Positions 45,643 through 54,698 of a stretch of 64,000 bases of DNA are shown here, piece after piece. Positions within the stretch are counted from its first letter, which is position 1; every line of letters begins with the position of its first letter. Where the stretch lies: the IMG/VR virus record IMGVR_UViG_3300017780_001544, positions 2,497 through 66,496 of that record; one strand, written 5' to 3'. Source of the stretch: a virus. Taxonomy: Duplodnaviria; Caudoviricetes. The translations under genes and the position numbers were made by a program. The notes beneath the pieces are model-generated. The model ran no database searches. It saw nothing but the letters and a program-made list of their open reading frames with translations, and had not been told where the DNA came from.

Positions 45643-45666
45643 GGGGCTTGCGCCCCCACCCCATTC

Positions 45667-45725
45667 GGTCAGACCATCGACCAGAATGTATTGACATTAA
45701 CATAACAATGCTATACAAGGATAAT
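45667..45725 (+). promoter_or_regulatory. Early promoter P2
   Basis: GGTCagACCaTCgACCAG-N6-TTGACA(45691)-N15-TATACAAGGaTAAT. Spacer contains a degenerate palindrome (ATAACAATGCTAT). Confidence 0.65.
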
Positions 45726-45832
45726 TGTAAATGCAAGCCGGTGCAATGGCTTAGCGTTTATCTAGGTATCAATATCTAAACTAACAGTGTTAGCTGGTAT
45801 TAAGCTAGCCATAAGAAGGAGCAACGATTACC

Positions 45833-46903
45833 ATGACTACAATCAATTTCGGCTCAACCGTGAGCCTCAAGCAAGCCGCTACCCTTATCATGACCAACCC
45901 CAAGGTTCGGTTCCTCGTTCGTGGTGAGCCGGGAATTGGTAAGTCCACCATGCTTTCCATGATTGCCCAGAAGCTAGCGTCTACTCACTTAGCTGCATAC
46001 ATGGATGTGCCTAACATGGACCTTGGCGACATCGCCATGCCTGTGGTTGACCATGAGTATAAGGTGACGCGCTACTACCCCAATGCGCGGTTCCGTCTAC
46101 ATGAGGGCAAGCCCGTCATCGTCATGCTTGATGAGTTCACCAAGGGTGCCGAGCCTATCAAGAACATGCTTCACCCGCTGTTGGAAGTTACCAACCCGCG
46201 CCTTGGTGATGTTAGCATCGACGAGGAGAGCATCATCTTCATGACGGGCAACCTGCTGACTGACGGTGTAGGCGACAACATGAAGGCGCATACCCGCAAC
46301 CGTATTGTCGAGATTGTTGTCGCCAAGCCTGACGATACGCAGTGGCTTGAGTGGGCAGTCAATAGCGAGATTGACCCTGTTATCATGGCATGGGTGCGTC
46401 AATTCCCTCACGCCCTAGCTAGCTATACGGACGACAGCCAAGGCGATAACCCTTACATCTACAACCCGCGCAAGCAACAGACTGCCTACGTATCGCCGCG
46501 CTCACTCGCCATCGCATCTAACATTGTTAGGAGCCGTGAGACCAACGGTGCAGAGGCTACCATCGCTGCGCTCAAGGGTGCCATCGGTGAGGCTGCTGCC
46601 CGTGATATGCAAGCGTTCATCGACTACCAAGACCAGCTACCTTCATGGGACAGCATCCTTGCTGGGCCTAAGTCGGCGCAGGTGCCTACGTCTGCTGGCG
46701 CATCCGCAGTGCTTGTGTTCGGTGCCATCCAGAAGGTCGATAAGCAGTCGCTTACCCCGTTCCTGCAATACATGGAGCGGTTCGACAACGAGTGGCAAGC
46801 TTGCTTCGCCATCAACCTATGCGCCAACGCAGCTAAGCAGCAAATGGCATTCAGTAACCAAGCGTTCGCTGATTGGCTGGAGCAGAACGAAGACCTGCTG
46901 TGA
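45833..46903 (+). CDS. MoxR-like AAA+ ATPase, 356 aa
   Basis: Walker A GEPGIGKS, Walker B MLDEF, MTGN sensor, HTRNR arginine finger, SPRS motif. Confidence 0.88.
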   Translation: MTTINFGSTVSLKQAATLIMTNPKVRFLVRGEPGIGKSTMLSMIAQKLASTHLAAYMDVPNMDLGDIAMPVVDHEYKVTRYYPNARFRLHEGKPVIVMLDEFTKGAEPIKNMLHPLLEVTNPRLGDVSIDEESIIFMTGNLLTDGVGDNMKAHTRNRIVEIVVAKPDDTQWLEWAVNSEIDPVIMAWVRQFPHALASYTDDSQGDNPYIYNPRKQQTAYVSPRSLAIASNIVRSRETNGAEATIAALKGAIGEAAARDMQAFIDYQDQLPSWDSILAGPKSAQVPTSAGASAVLVFGAIQKVDKQSLTPFLQYMERFDNEWQACFAINLCANAAKQQMAFSNQAFADWLEQNEDLL

Positions 46904-47139
46904 GCAGAGACATCATGAACCGGAACAGGCGGCGTAATCTGACGCCGCCTCCCATCCTGACAGGCAAGAAGGTCGAGCTAGGAGAGATGAAGCGGACACC
47001 CCGTGACCCATTGGTCTGGGTGGTGACGCTGTGGATTAACGGTTGGCCGCACGACATCAAGATGTGGGCCAAGGACGAGCTAGACGTATTCAAGCAGGTC
47101 AAAGAACTTCAACGAGGAGCACCTAACAATGTTAGCTGA
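46900..47139 (+). CDS. Hypothetical protein, 79 aa
   Basis: GTGA overlap. Ends PNNVS within a palindrome. Confidence 0.5.
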   Translation: MSRDIMNRNRRRNLTPPPILTGKKVELGEMKRTPRDPLVWVVTLWINGWPHDIKMWAKDELDVFKQVKELQRGAPNNVS

Positions 47140-48361
47140 ACAAAAAGATAAGGTCGAGCGCAAGCTCAAGAAGGTCAAGATTGACCTCATGCGTAACCCC
47201 AAGTTCGCGCTGTGGTCCGGCATCATGATGGTGGGCAAGACGGAACTATCAGACCACATTCCCACCGCTTGCACCAACGGACGCGACGAGCTTTACGGAC
47301 GCGAGTTTGTCAAAGGCCTAACCGACAAGGAGCTAGCCTTCGTCATCCTGCATGAGAACATGCACAAGGCGCTGCGTCACCTGACTATCTGGCGCAAGCT
47401 GTGGGACGAGGACCGCCGTCTGGCTAACATGGCTTGCGACTACGTTATTAACCTGATGATTGTCGAGTCCGACCCGACAGAGCAATGGGCTGCGTTCCCA
47501 CGCGACAAGCAGGGGGAGCGCATCGGCTGCTTCGATACACGCTTCAAAGGTCTTAACGCCAAGCAGGTGTTCGACATACTCAAGCAGGAGCAGAAGGACC
47601 AAGGCGGCGGCGGCGGTGGTGGCGAAGGCGAAGGTGGCGAGGGCTTCGATGACCATGATTGGGATGGTGCCAAGGGCCTCAACGCCGAGGAGAAGAAGGA
47701 GCTTGAGCGCGAGATTGACCAAGCTATCCGTCAAGGCATGATGGCCGAGCAGAAGGCTATAGGTAACAAGTCGGGCAATATGTCCCGTGAGCTAGGCGAC
47801 CTGCTTGAGCCGCAGATTGATTGGCGCGAGGTATTGCGCGAGTTCGTCAAGTCCATCTGCAATGCCCGTGATACGTCATCATGGCGTAGGGTTAACCGTA
47901 GGTTCCTTGGCTCCGACATCTACATGCCCACGATGGTCGGGGAGCGTGTTGGCTCACTGGCTATTGGCATAGACACATCGGGTTCAATCAGCGGTTCGGA
48001 AATCAATCGCTTCTTGTCCGAGGTCAAGTCTATCGCAGAGGACGTTCGCCCAGAGAAGATTGACCTTATCTATTGGGACGCCAGCGTTGCAGGGCATGAG
48101 GTCTACGAAGAGCATGACATGGCTAACATTGTTAGCTCGACCAAGCCCAGAGGTGGCGGCGGCACGGACCCACGCGCCATGATGCACTACCTCAAGAAAG
48201 AGAAGATTGAGCCAGAGTGCATCATCATGCTGACTGACGGAGAGATTTATGACTGGGGTTCGGATTGGGATGCACCCATCATGTGGGTGGTTTGCAACTC
48301 ATATCGCGGCAGCACAATCACTGCCCCTGTGGGCAAGACGGTTCACATTAAAGATAATTGA
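47129..48361 (+). CDS. Putative metallopeptidase plus vWA domain protein (DUF2201-like), 410 aa
   Basis: TACTNG, ILHENMHKALRH (HExxH), NMACDYVIN, Gly/Glu linker, MIDAS-like IDTSGS, GGGGTD, IIMLTDGE. Confidence 0.85.
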   Translation: MLAEQKDKVERKLKKVKIDLMRNPKFALWSGIMMVGKTELSDHIPTACTNGRDELYGREFVKGLTDKELAFVILHENMHKALRHLTIWRKLWDEDRRLANMACDYVINLMIVESDPTEQWAAFPRDKQGERIGCFDTRFKGLNAKQVFDILKQEQKDQGGGGGGGEGEGGEGFDDHDWDGAKGLNAEEKKELEREIDQAIRQGMMAEQKAIGNKSGNMSRELGDLLEPQIDWREVLREFVKSICNARDTSSWRRVNRRFLGSDIYMPTMVGERVGSLAIGIDTSGSISGSEINRFLSEVKSIAEDVRPEKIDLIYWDASVAGHEVYEEHDMANIVSSTKPRGGGGTDPRAMMHYLKKEKIEPECIIMLTDGEIYDWGSDWDAPIMWVVCNSYRGSTITAPVGKTVHIKDN

Positions 48362-48374
48362 GAGGGGTAATCCA

Positions 48375-48626
48375 ATGGGCAAAGCAATCATCGGTATAGG
48401 CCACAACGAATACGTATTGGACATCAGTGACGCCGTTACGGTGGCGGAAATTATGGCCAAGGCCGAGTGCTTTAAGGTCAAGCACGACTACACCGTCACG
48501 CCTACTACCGTCGCTTACTTTATCTGGGAGCAGGAAGTGACGCTATCCAGAAACCACGTCACCATAAACCTACTACCCGACGCAATGTATCGGGTGGCCA
48601 AGCTGGCTGGCAAGCCACAAGACTAA
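48375..48626 (+). CDS. Hypothetical protein, 83 aa
   Basis: GAGGGG RBS before ATG 48375. Confidence 0.65.
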   Translation: MGKAIIGIGHNEYVLDISDAVTVAEIMAKAECFKVKHDYTVTPTTVAYFIWEQEVTLSRNHVTINLLPDAMYRVAKLAGKPQD

Positions 48627-48637
48627 GGAGCAAATCA

Positions 48638-49492
48638 ATGAGTATCACATCATCCGCCGTGCTGGTGGAAATGAACATCAGCGTATGGACCGCTAACAAG
48701 CTGGACAAGGGAGCTACCGAAGGTGTGCTTACATCTAACGGAGCAACGTCAGGCGATGCAGCGCAGGTCCGCAAGAACCTAATGGCTGGCACATCGGCGC
48801 GTAAGGAGATTGCCGACTACGCCGCTGGCTGTCGCCTGTGGCACAACACCCGCACACTGCCTTGGGCCGACAAGGGTGCGAGGCTACTGCCTACTAGCTT
48901 ATTCCTTGACTACAAGGCAGAGGCCAACATCCGGCGCGACACGTTCAACCAGATGGTCGATACGTTCATCGGCAACTACCCTGCACTGGTGCAGACCGCT
49001 AGCAACTACATGGGCACCCTGTTCAATCAGGATGACTACCCCAGCCCCGATACGGTGCGTGAGAAGTTCGGCTACCGCCTTGTGTTCTCGCCTGTGCCAG
49101 AGAGCGGTGACTTCCGTCTCGACCTGCCAGCGCAGGATATACGTGAGATGGAGCAGAGCTATCAGTCGGCGTTCGATGACCGTCTGGCCGAGGCTATGCG
49201 CACCCCGTGGGACCAACTGCACAAGATGCTTGGCACCATGTCTGCCAAGCTGACAGAGGGTGACGAGGACACCAAGAAGCGGTGGCACGACACGTTCGTT
49301 ACCAATGCGCAGGAGATGTGCGCAATGCTGACGCACCTCAACGTAGCCAAAGACCCCAAGCTTGAGGATGCACGTAGGCAGCTAGAGGTAGCGATGATTG
49401 GCGTGGACATCGAAGACATCAAAGATGACGAGCTTACTCGCGCCAAGCTCAAGGGCAAGCTCGACACTATCCTCAAGGAATATGAGTGGTGA
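48638..49492 (+). CDS. DUF3150-like protein, 284 aa
   Basis: AVLVEMNISVWTANKLDK...TLPWADKGARLLP...DYPSPDTVREKF...LTHLNVAKDPKLE. Typical partner of the AAA/vWA pair. Confidence 0.7.
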   Translation: MSITSSAVLVEMNISVWTANKLDKGATEGVLTSNGATSGDAAQVRKNLMAGTSARKEIADYAAGCRLWHNTRTLPWADKGARLLPTSLFLDYKAEANIRRDTFNQMVDTFIGNYPALVQTASNYMGTLFNQDDYPSPDTVREKFGYRLVFSPVPESGDFRLDLPAQDIREMEQSYQSAFDDRLAEAMRTPWDQLHKMLGTMSAKLTEGDEDTKKRWHDTFVTNAQEMCAMLTHLNVAKDPKLEDARRQLEVAMIGVDIEDIKDDELTRAKLKGKLDTILKEYEW

Positions 49493-49686
49493 GCCTGTGG
49501 GTAATCACCAAAACGTATGACGTAGCCAACCTCAAAACTAACATTGTTAGCGTTGAGCCTTACGAGGAGTTCATCGCCAAGCATGGGCGAGGCTACGCCA
49601 TCCGAAACTCTACCGACATGATTGAAGCTATCGACGCAATCGGTGCTTGGAAAAAAGCAAAGGAAATGCACAATGAACGAGATTGA
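49486..49686 (+). CDS. Hypothetical protein, 66 aa
   Basis: Operon fit. Internal palindrome. Confidence 0.45.
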   Translation: MVSLWVITKTYDVANLKTNIVSVEPYEEFIAKHGRGYAIRNSTDMIEAIDAIGAWKKAKEMHNERD

Positions 49687-50557
49687 GAACGACTACATAC
49701 CGCTGGGTATGCCCAACATCCTGTTCGAGAATAGGAAGAACGTCACCAACAACACCGAGGTTACTACGGCCAACACGACAATACATCCGTTCATGCTACC
49801 GCTGATGCGGCGTCTGGCACAGGCACGGCCCCAGTGGAAGTTCGTGACAAGCAGACGCAGTCTAGCTCACGTGAGCGACACGACAACGTTCAACGTAACT
49901 TCGTTCGATGTCTACGAGGGCAGCGCCAAGCTGGGCCGGATATGGAAGACCTACGAGAACCGTGGCGATGTTATATCCATCAACAATGAACGTATGGAAG
50001 GCAACAGGCAGCGCGGTAGCTCCACCAACACGCAGGACTTGAAGAAGGCGTTCAAGCTCATAACCAAGAACTTCCACGGTCCGACTGTTGCCGAGGTTGT
50101 GGCCGAGACGCTTGGTAAGGCGAATGCCGTTGTGTCAATGCTATCGACCAAGCACCGCAGGGAGTTTGACTATAAGTATCAGCACCTCTCCAACTTCTTG
50201 GAGGACTACACCATGAACAACTGGGAGCATATCAAGCAACTGGCTATCGACGCAGGAGTAAGCCCTATGACACTAGATGTTATGGCAGAGGCATACGAGG
50301 CGAAGCTGGCTACGCATGAGATTGCCAACGCCGTAACCAACGGCTCCGGTGCCACCGTGATGCTGCGCGGCGACGAGTATATTGTGGTTATTAACGGAGT
50401 CACAAGCATCTTCGACACGGATCACCTACCGTCACATATCAAGCGGTCCTTGGGTATCCTTAAGATGGTCGAGAACCACACATATATCGAGGGCCACGGC
50501 GCTCGTGTGGACAAGGATAAGTTTTTCATATCATCCAAAGAAGGAACAGCAGCATGA
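49673..50557 (+). CDS. Hypothetical protein, 294 aa
   Basis: AAGGA RBS, long ORF ending LKMVENHTYIEGHGARVDKDKFFI. Confidence 0.75.
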   Translation: MNEIENDYIPLGMPNILFENRKNVTNNTEVTTANTTIHPFMLPLMRRLAQARPQWKFVTSRRSLAHVSDTTTFNVTSFDVYEGSAKLGRIWKTYENRGDVISINNERMEGNRQRGSSTNTQDLKKAFKLITKNFHGPTVAEVVAETLGKANAVVSMLSTKHRREFDYKYQHLSNFLEDYTMNNWEHIKQLAIDAGVSPMTLDVMAEAYEAKLATHEIANAVTNGSGATVMLRGDEYIVVINGVTSIFDTDHLPSHIKRSLGILKMVENHTYIEGHGARVDKDKFFISSKEGTAA

Positions 50558-50832
50558 GCACGACAGCAGTTTTCGCCTTGATGGAGGCAGGTGGCTTCGA
50601 CTTCACTACGGCTAGGAAAATCATCACCAAGCTCGAAGGTAACGGGCTGACCATCTACAAGAAGAAGGTGCACAAGAACGTGCGGCGACCTACGGCTTCG
50701 CAGCCTATGACCCCCGCGATAGCCAAGGCCATCCGCGCCTACTACAACGCCTACCCTACTGCTACGCAGCAAGAGATTGCTAACCTGTTCAGTGTGAACA
50801 TCGGACGCGTGAACGAGGTGCTTACTAAGTGA
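50554..50832 (+). CDS. HTH DNA-binding protein, 92 aa
   Basis: C-terminal PTATQQEIANLFSVNIGRVNEVL helix-turn-helix. Confidence 0.7.
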   Translation: MSTTAVFALMEAGGFDFTTARKIITKLEGNGLTIYKKKVHKNVRRPTASQPMTPAIAKAIRAYYNAYPTATQQEIANLFSVNIGRVNEVLTK

Positions 50833-50966
50833 ACAAACGCAAACCCGCGCCTATCTGGTGCGACCATTGTAATGCAGAGATTAACGTAGCCGGAGTACGC
50901 TCTTGCTTGCGCAAGACATGTGCAACCAAGGCGCTACTGCCTGATGATAAGAGAGTATGGAAATGA
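50829..50966 (+). CDS. Small Cys-rich (Zn-finger-like) protein, 45 aa
   Basis: Below the track threshold. WCDHC...CLRKTC, overlaps at both ends (GTGA, ATGA). Confidence 0.5.
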   Translation: MNKRKPAPIWCDHCNAEINVAGVRSCLRKTCATKALLPDDKRVWK

Positions 50967-51136
50967 CCGAAGAACCTAAACGCTATCGGGGGCAGCGTGG
51001 CCCCAACAGGGTGAAGAAGGAGCGCATGAAGCTGGTAGGCGTCCGCCTACCGCAGCATGTGGTGGACTACTACAAAGGGTGCACACCTTTGATGCGTTCC
51101 GTGCTGATTGAGTTCATGGACAACAACCCAAACTAA
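50963..51136 (+). CDS. Ribbon-helix-helix-like DNA-binding protein, 57 aa
   Basis: Below the track threshold. RGQRGPNRVKKERMKLVGVRLPQHVVDYYK resembles RHH/BrnA-type folds. Stop lies inside the last palindrome. Confidence 0.5.
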   Translation: MTEEPKRYRGQRGPNRVKKERMKLVGVRLPQHVVDYYKGCTPLMRSVLIEFMDNNPN

Positions 51137-51162
51137 CATTGTTAGGCAGACACGTTTTGTGT

Positions 51163-51190
51163 TTGACACTGTATAATGTAATGATATGAT
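51163..51190 (+). promoter_or_regulatory. Middle promoter P3
   Basis: TTGACACTGTATAATGTAATGATATGAT, near-identical to P4. Confidence 0.65.
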
Positions 51191-51209
51191 AACCGCCGAG
51201 GAGCAACTC

Positions 51210-51521
51210 ATGGCAGCAACACCAGAAAAGAAGGTGAAGGATAAAATAGTCTCCGTCCTTAAGGACGAGGGTGTCTATTATTTCTTCCCCGCAACCCACG
51301 GCTACGGACGTAGCGGTGTCCCCGACATCATCGCTTGCGTGAACGGACGCTTCCTTGCCATCGAGTGCAAGGCGGGTGGTGGTAAGCTGACCGCTCTACA
51401 AGTCCGTGAGATTGAACACATCCGCCGTTGCGGTGGGGTGGCTGTCGTGGCCAACGAAGAGAACTGGGACATGGTCCGCCCACTGGTGCGGGAACTATCA
51501 TCGAAGGAGCAACCAAAATGA
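51210..51521 (+). CDS. VRR-NUC domain nuclease (Holliday junction resolvase-like), 103 aa
   Basis: E..V..KI, GVPDII, FLAIECKA, TALQ motifs. Confidence 0.88.
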   Translation: MAATPEKKVKDKIVSVLKDEGVYYFFPATHGYGRSGVPDIIACVNGRFLAIECKAGGGKLTALQVREIEHIRRCGGVAVVANEENWDMVRPLVRELSSKEQPK

Positions 51522-52756
51522 TAAAAATTTCTGACATACGCAATGCGCGTATCTTCCAGACGATTAAGGCTTTGTGGCAGCGGCTGCGCCCCCAGAAGAT
51601 TGTGCATACTGCCGAGCTAGTGGTGCAATCCCCAACTGTTTCGGAACAGGCCGACGAAAGCCCTCTAGCGCATGGCCTAGCCAACGCCGTGTCCATCCAT
51701 GACATACTGGACTACCTGCCGGGATATTTCGATGACCTCAAGGCGCTGTTGAAGTATGACCCTTCCACATACTCTATCATGGCTAAGCTTGGTGGTGTTG
51801 TGGTTCCCGAAAATTCAGGGTTCTACGTTAACGACCTACTCCCAAAAGTTTTGGATAATCCGCCCATGATGCGGTGTATCTTTTTCAAAAAGAGCGACCA
51901 ATACAACAAGGCTAAAGACACCTACAGTGCGTCGATTATCTATATGATGCGGCTCAAGGGCGGCATGACATATGTGGCGAAAGAGGGGTACTATTGCCAC
52001 TTACCTGTGGGAATTTGCTACCGTGTAGTGATTGTGTACAACCATGACCTTGGCTCTTTCGCGGAGAGCTTCTTCGTGCATTACGACGAGAACCATAAAA
52101 TGTCTGTCGTTAAGGAGAGCAAGATAGTTCATCAGGTGATACGGTATAAGGGCAACAAGGGGCGCAAGGGTTATAGGGGTAATTCCAATGTGACCCACCG
52201 CAAGACGGTGACCCCCCATTTCCTGCTCGAAATGGTTGCTGAACGACAAAGGCTAGGTTTGGATAAGCAAACAACGGATGAGCTTGCCGCTACCCTATGC
52301 AATATATGCCTGTCCGCCAAGCGCCCGTCAGATGCTATCCTAGTTCGTGCGCAGAAGTCTGGTTTGTCAGCTTCGTGGACGATTGACCGGCGTGACGGTA
52401 AACGGTTCTTTGCCAAACGTGTGACGGGTTCTGCATCCGATGGGAAGCGTAAGCGCATCCTCCATTACGTAGGTGACTTCGTTCGTGATACTGACGGACG
52501 TACAAGCTACGTGCGTGAGCATTACCGAGGAGAACGCTCGTTCTCGTGGATGGGGTATGGCATCGAAGTTAGTGGGCTGGGCTTCCATCACCAAGACTTT
52601 TACGATGCGTCCGTTGAGACTTTTGAGTTTGACGGGCAAGATGTTCCGCGAGGGTTTATGTCCGTTGAAAAAGCCGTGGACCTCATGAAGCAGTATTACT
52701 CAACCCCCTATACCCTGCCGAAACCGCAGAAGTCCCGTAAGGAGAAGGCAGCATGA
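51518..52756 (+). CDS. Hypothetical protein, 412 aa
   Basis: AAGGAG RBS, ATGA overlap, basic C-terminal KRILHYV...VREHYRG motif. Confidence 0.7.
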   Translation: MIKISDIRNARIFQTIKALWQRLRPQKIVHTAELVVQSPTVSEQADESPLAHGLANAVSIHDILDYLPGYFDDLKALLKYDPSTYSIMAKLGGVVVPENSGFYVNDLLPKVLDNPPMMRCIFFKKSDQYNKAKDTYSASIIYMMRLKGGMTYVAKEGYYCHLPVGICYRVVIVYNHDLGSFAESFFVHYDENHKMSVVKESKIVHQVIRYKGNKGRKGYRGNSNVTHRKTVTPHFLLEMVAERQRLGLDKQTTDELAATLCNICLSAKRPSDAILVRAQKSGLSASWTIDRRDGKRFFAKRVTGSASDGKRKRILHYVGDFVRDTDGRTSYVREHYRGERSFSWMGYGIEVSGLGFHHQDFYDASVETFEFDGQDVPRGFMSVEKAVDLMKQYYSTPYTLPKPQKSRKEKAA

Positions 52757-52881
52757 CCGCAGACAACTGGCTTTTCATAACAGTCATGGGGATAATAATC
52801 CTTGCCGCCTATCTGGCCGCGACAAAACCGAAGATAACCGAACAAGAGCGCAAAGCGATGGAAGAGGAATGGTGGGGGTGA
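52753..52881 (+). CDS. Small single-TM protein, 42 aa
   Basis: ATGA and TGATG overlaps. WLFITVMGIIILAAYLAA helix. Confidence 0.55.
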   Translation: MTADNWLFITVMGIIILAAYLAATKPKITEQERKAMEEEWWG

Positions 52882-54698
52882 TGCAACTGATTACCATCGA
52901 CTTCGAGACCTATTACGACCCTGCGTATAGCCTCTCCAAGATTACGACCGAAGAGTATATCCGTGACCCTCGCTTTGAGGTTATCGGCGTAGCTGTAAAG
53001 GTAGGTAACGACGACGCGCAGTGGTTCAGTGGGACCAAGGAGCATGTACGCCGCTTCCTTAAGCTGTTCCCTTGGGACAACGCTATCGCGTTGGCGCACA
53101 ACGCTGTGTTCGATATGGCTATCCTCAACTGGCACTTCGACATCCGCCCCAAGCGTATCGCTGACACGCTGTCTATGGCTCGTGCGCTACATGGCAACGA
53201 GACGGGGGTTAGCTTGAAAGCGCTGGCCGAGTTCTATGAGATTGGCGAGAAGGGCACAGAGGTGCTTAACGCGCTGGGCAAACGCCGCATCGACTTCACG
53301 GCCTACGACCTAGCACGGTATGGGGAGTATTGTCGTAACGACTGCGACCTGACGATTAAGCTGTTCGAGTGCATGGCACCTAAGTTCCCTGCGCTTGAGC
53401 AACGGCTGGTGGACCTGACCATCCGCATGTTCACAGAGCCAGTGCTGACCCTCGATAAGAACATCCTTGAGGACCACATCATCCGCGTACAGGCGACCAA
53501 GGCGGAGCTTATGAGTAAGCTCAACTATGACAAGGCCGACCTGATGAGTAACCCCAAGCTAGCTTCGCTACTTGAGTTCCACGGGGTTGAGGTGCCGATG
53601 AAGACTAGCCCCGCAACGGGTAAGGAAACCTACGCCTTCGCCAAGTCGGACGAAGCGTTCAAGGCGCTGCTTGAGCATGAGAACCCGCAGGTGCAAGCCA
53701 TCGTGGCAGCACGGCTGGGCGTTAAGTCTACGCTGGAAGAGACAAGGACCGAACGGTTCATCAACATCGCTGACCGTGGCACACTGCCAATCCCCTTGCG
53801 CTACTACGCTGCTCACACTGGGCGTTGGGGTGGTGATGACAAGGTGAACATGCAGAACCTACCGCGCAAGTCACCACTCAAGAAGGCTATGCTGGCACCA
53901 GAGGGCTATACGTTTATCGACTGCGATAGCAGCCAGATTGAAGCACGGACCTTGGCGTGGCTGGCTGGGCAGGATGACCTAGTGGATGCTTTCACTCGCG
54001 GTGAGGACGTTTATAAAATCATGGCGTCCCGCATCTACAACAAACCGATGGAGGATATTAACGACCCCGAACGCTTTGTGGGTAAGACCACCATCCTTGG
54101 TGCAGGTTACGGCATGGGGCCACCCAAGTTCAAGGCGCAGCTAAAGACATTCGGCGTCGATACACCGCTAAGCCAGTGTGAGCGCACCATCAGCGTCTAC
54201 CGCGAGACATACCACAAAATCCCTGCGCTTTGGCGGCAGGGGCAAGATGCCATCCAAGCCATGCTTGACGGTAAAACCGCACCGCTGGGTAAGGACGGTG
54301 TGGTCTTGGTTAACGCTCTTGGTATCCGTCTACCTAACGGACTATACCTAAAGTACCCCAATCTACGTAGGGTAATGGGCGACAAGGGTAAGCCGGAGTT
54401 CGTCTACGACCAGAAGCGGGGCCGCGCTATCATCCCGAACCGCCTATATGGTGGGAAGCTCATTGAGAACGTGTGCCAAGCGTTGGCCCGTATCATCATT
54501 GGTGAGCAGATGCTGATGATTTCTCGCCGCCAGAAGGTCGCTATGACCGTGCATGATGCTGTTGGGTCTATCGTACCAGACGCAGATGCAGATGAGGGCC
54601 GCGCCTTTGTCGAGGCGTGTATGCGCGTACAACCGAAGTGGGCCACTGGCCTACCACTAAACTGTGAAAGCAAGATGGGAAAAAGCTATGGCGGATAA
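52881..54698 (+). CDS. polA: DNA polymerase family A with 3'-5' exonuclease, 605 aa
   Basis: Exo IDFET, AHNAVFD, YCRND. Polymerase motif A DCDSSQIEAR, motif B RFVGKTTILGAGYG, motif C TVHDA. Confidence 0.93.
   Translation: MQLITIDFETYYDPAYSLSKITTEEYIRDPRFEVIGVAVKVGNDDAQWFSGTKEHVRRFLKLFPWDNAIALAHNAVFDMAILNWHFDIRPKRIADTLSMARALHGNETGVSLKALAEFYEIGEKGTEVLNALGKRRIDFTAYDLARYGEYCRNDCDLTIKLFECMAPKFPALEQRLVDLTIRMFTEPVLTLDKNILEDHIIRVQATKAELMSKLNYDKADLMSNPKLASLLEFHGVEVPMKTSPATGKETYAFAKSDEAFKALLEHENPQVQAIVAARLGVKSTLEETRTERFINIADRGTLPIPLRYYAAHTGRWGGDDKVNMQNLPRKSPLKKAMLAPEGYTFIDCDSSQIEARTLAWLAGQDDLVDAFTRGEDVYKIMASRIYNKPMEDINDPERFVGKTTILGAGYGMGPPKFKAQLKTFGVDTPLSQCERTISVYRETYHKIPALWRQGQDAIQAMLDGKTAPLGKDGVVLVNALGIRLPNGLYLKYPNLRRVMGDKGKPEFVYDQKRGRAIIPNRLYGGKLIENVCQALARIIIGEQMLMISRRQKVAMTVHDAVGSIVPDADADEGRAFVEACMRVQPKWATGLPLNCESKMGKSYGG

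Larger units (their letters stand above)
41718..51145. repeat. Dispersed 13-bp palindrome CTAACA(A/T/G)TGTTAG, 13 copies
   Basis: Starts at 41718, 42405, 42642, 43212, 43746, 44378, 45233, 45781, 46518, 47123, 48123, 49538 and 51133. Half-site at 42535, degenerate copy at 45702. None seen elsewhere in the window. Confidence 0.95.
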
